From: Candidatus Bathyarchaeota archaeon
GTDB lineage: Archaea; Thermoproteota; Bathyarchaeia; Bathyarchaeales; Bathycorpusculaceae
NCBI GenBank assembly: GCA_963770935.1
Contig: CAVYRJ010000005.1
Location: 1 to 64,000, forward strand
Reading direction: 5' to 3'
Length of the DNA: 64,000 nt
Shown: piece by piece, positions 62,430 to 64,000 of the stretch
Layout: each line of letters begins with the position of its first letter
How positions within the stretch are numbered: position 1 is the first letter of the stretch
Translations under genes and position numbers: made by a program
The notes under the pieces: model-generated
Told to the model about the DNA's origin: nothing
The model's database searches: none
Seen by the model: only the letters and a program-made list of their open reading frames with translations

Positions 62430-63661
62430 AATATGCATTGTAGCACGCTGTCAATTCTGCGTAAACCATTCAACACGTTTTTTATTTCTTTTGAGTTCAA
62501 CGACTGTTTCATTTCATAAAGTTCAACGGTCGTTTTGTATAAACTATCAAAGGCAGATTTGACGTCCAAATCGTTGTTCATGTGGTTTTCAAAATCAGAA
62601 ACGATATTGCTAGTTAGGGTATCCTGTTTCTCAGTTTTGATAGTAGGCTTTGTTTCTTCCAAACCTGAAATCATGCATCTAAGAGAATTCAATTTCTCAC
62701 TTGCTTGAGCCAACTTTTCAAACGTGAAGTTCATTTTTTTCCGGTAAGGTCCATAGATGAGAAAGAACCTGAGCTGCCCTCCGCTAACCCCCTTAGCTAA
62801 GAGGTTGCAGGGGTAGTACACATTGCCTTTGCTTTTAGACATTTTTTTGCCCTCCACTAACAGATGGTCGCCGTGTAGCCAGTATCTTGAGAACTGTTTG
62901 CCTGAAACCGCTTCCGCTACTGCAAGCGTGTAGTCGTGGTGCCTAACCAAGTTGTCGATTCCGCCGCAGCCAAGGTCAACAGTGAAACCGAAGTGTGTGG
63001 TTACGATGGCTGCGTCTTGAATGTTCCATGCAGGTCGTCCGCTGCCAATTGACGTTTGGTAACAGACGTCATCTTGTTTGCAGCCATGCCAAAGAACAAA
63101 ATCGCCTAGGTTCCATGGTGTGCCTGGATAGGTGTCTTTATGGAAGCGGCGTTTCTTCTTTGGCCATTTGCGCATGTCCAGATGGGCAAGTTTACCGAAG
63201 TCTTTGAATTTTAATGGCGCAAAATAAACGTTTTTTGCGCCATTGTAAATGTACCAGTAAGCGGTACCTTTTTCGACTAGTTGGGCAATGAGTTTTGTGG
63301 CTTGGTCAATTGCTGTTGAAGCTCTAACTGCCAAATCGGGCTTTTTAATTTTTAAAATTTCAAAATCCTTAAAGAAAACTGCTTCGTTTTTTTGCGTTAA
63401 TTCTTCGACTGTTATGTTATCTTTTTTTGTCTGTGCAATTGCCTTGTCTTCTATGTCTGTCAGCGTCATCAGCCGCTTAACGTTGTAGCCTAAAAACTCG
63501 AGGTAGCGTTGGAGTATATCTTCAAAGAGGAAGGTTCGGTAGTTTCCAATGTGAGCTCGCTGGTAGGTTGATGGACCACAGGTGTACATTTTGACTTCTT
63601 TACCCTCTAATGGTTTGAAGGGCTCTATTTTCCTGTTTAACGAATTGTACAGTTTTAGCAT
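62426..63661 (-). CDS. Cysteine--tRNA ligase-like paralog (atypical pocket, no anticodon-binding domain)
   Basis: MYTCGP, HIGN, DFVLW and KMSKS present; WHIEC replaced by WNIQD; 411 aa. Confidence 0.8.
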   Translation of the reverse strand: MLKLYNSLNRKIEPFKPLEGKEVKMYTCGPSTYQRAHIGNYRTFLFEDILQRYLEFLGYNVKRLMTLTDIEDKAIAQTKKDNITVEELTQKNEAVFFKDFEILKIKKPDLAVRASTAIDQATKLIAQLVEKGTAYWYIYNGAKNVYFAPLKFKDFGKLAHLDMRKWPKKKRRFHKDTYPGTPWNLGDFVLWHGCKQDDVCYQTSIGSGRPAWNIQDAAIVTTHFGFTVDLGCGGIDNLVRHHDYTLAVAEAVSGKQFSRYWLHGDHLLVEGKKMSKSKGNVYYPCNLLAKGVSGGQLRFFLIYGPYRKKMNFTFEKLAQASEKLNSLRCMISGLEETKPTIKTEKQDTLTSNIVSDFENHMNNDLDVKSAFDSLYKTTVELYEMKQSLNSKEIKNVLNGLRRIDSVLQCIF

Positions 63662-63673
63662 AGTTCTTTCCCG

Positions 63674-64000
63674 TTAAGCTATGGCTTTTTCTTCTTTCTC
63701 TATTTCCATGAGGGTTTTTTTAGCTTCTTCCACATGCCGCTGAGCTTGAGTTTGAGAAACGAATATGTGCCGAACGATTCCCTTCTTGTCGATTATGTAG
63801 GTTACTCTGCCGGGAATTATGCCCATGGTTGAAGGCACCCCGTATAGTTCCCTTACTTTATTGTTTATGTCGGCAAGAAGAATAAATGGTAACCCATAGT
63901 GGGTAGCGAAAGACTTATGGGATTCAACACTCTGCCCGCTTATTCCAAGCACTTCAGCACCCAGACTCGTTAGCTGTTCATAGTTATCTCTGAAGGTGCA
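63674..64000 (-). CDS. bcp: Peroxiredoxin Bcp/PrxQ family (5' end outside the window)
   Basis: CTFRDNYEQL...EVLGIS..SVESHKSFA..Y.LPF.LL.D, RVTYIIDK.G. Confidence 0.88.
   Translation of the reverse strand, partial: CTFRDNYEQLTSLGAEVLGISGQSVESHKSFATHYGLPFILLADINNKVRELYGVPSTMGIIPGRVTYIIDKKGIVRHIFVSQTQAQRHVEEAKKTLMEIEKEEKAIA

Overview
Archaeal chromosomal window, most likely Bathyarchaeia. The archaeal assignment rests on Sm-L37e, pantoate kinase, archaeal PPAT and TATA-type promoters; the narrower call is inferred from a CdvA-like protein and large secreted PQQ-propeller paralogs. Content is mostly housekeeping: pst/phoU cluster, CoA biosynthesis, valS, metG, dinB, a P1B-ATPase and tRNA-Lys(UUU). 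No CRISPR array, rRNA or transposase was seen. About a dozen genes, including valS, are broken by single-base indels, probably sequencing errors. The main candidate novel system is a five-gene locus at ~20.9-28.4 kb. It encodes a ~895-aa tubulin/FtsZ-superfamily GTPase with a long coiled-coil insertion, a second tubulin-fold protein with degenerate GTP motifs, a small protein with an amphipathic tail and two membrane proteins. Other highlights: an archaeal TPP riboswitch overlapping the thiT ribosome-binding site, a CysRS paralog with a rewired amino-acid pocket and no anticodon domain, and an RHH fused to a CblS-like domain. All calls come from manual motif recognition; no database searches were run.
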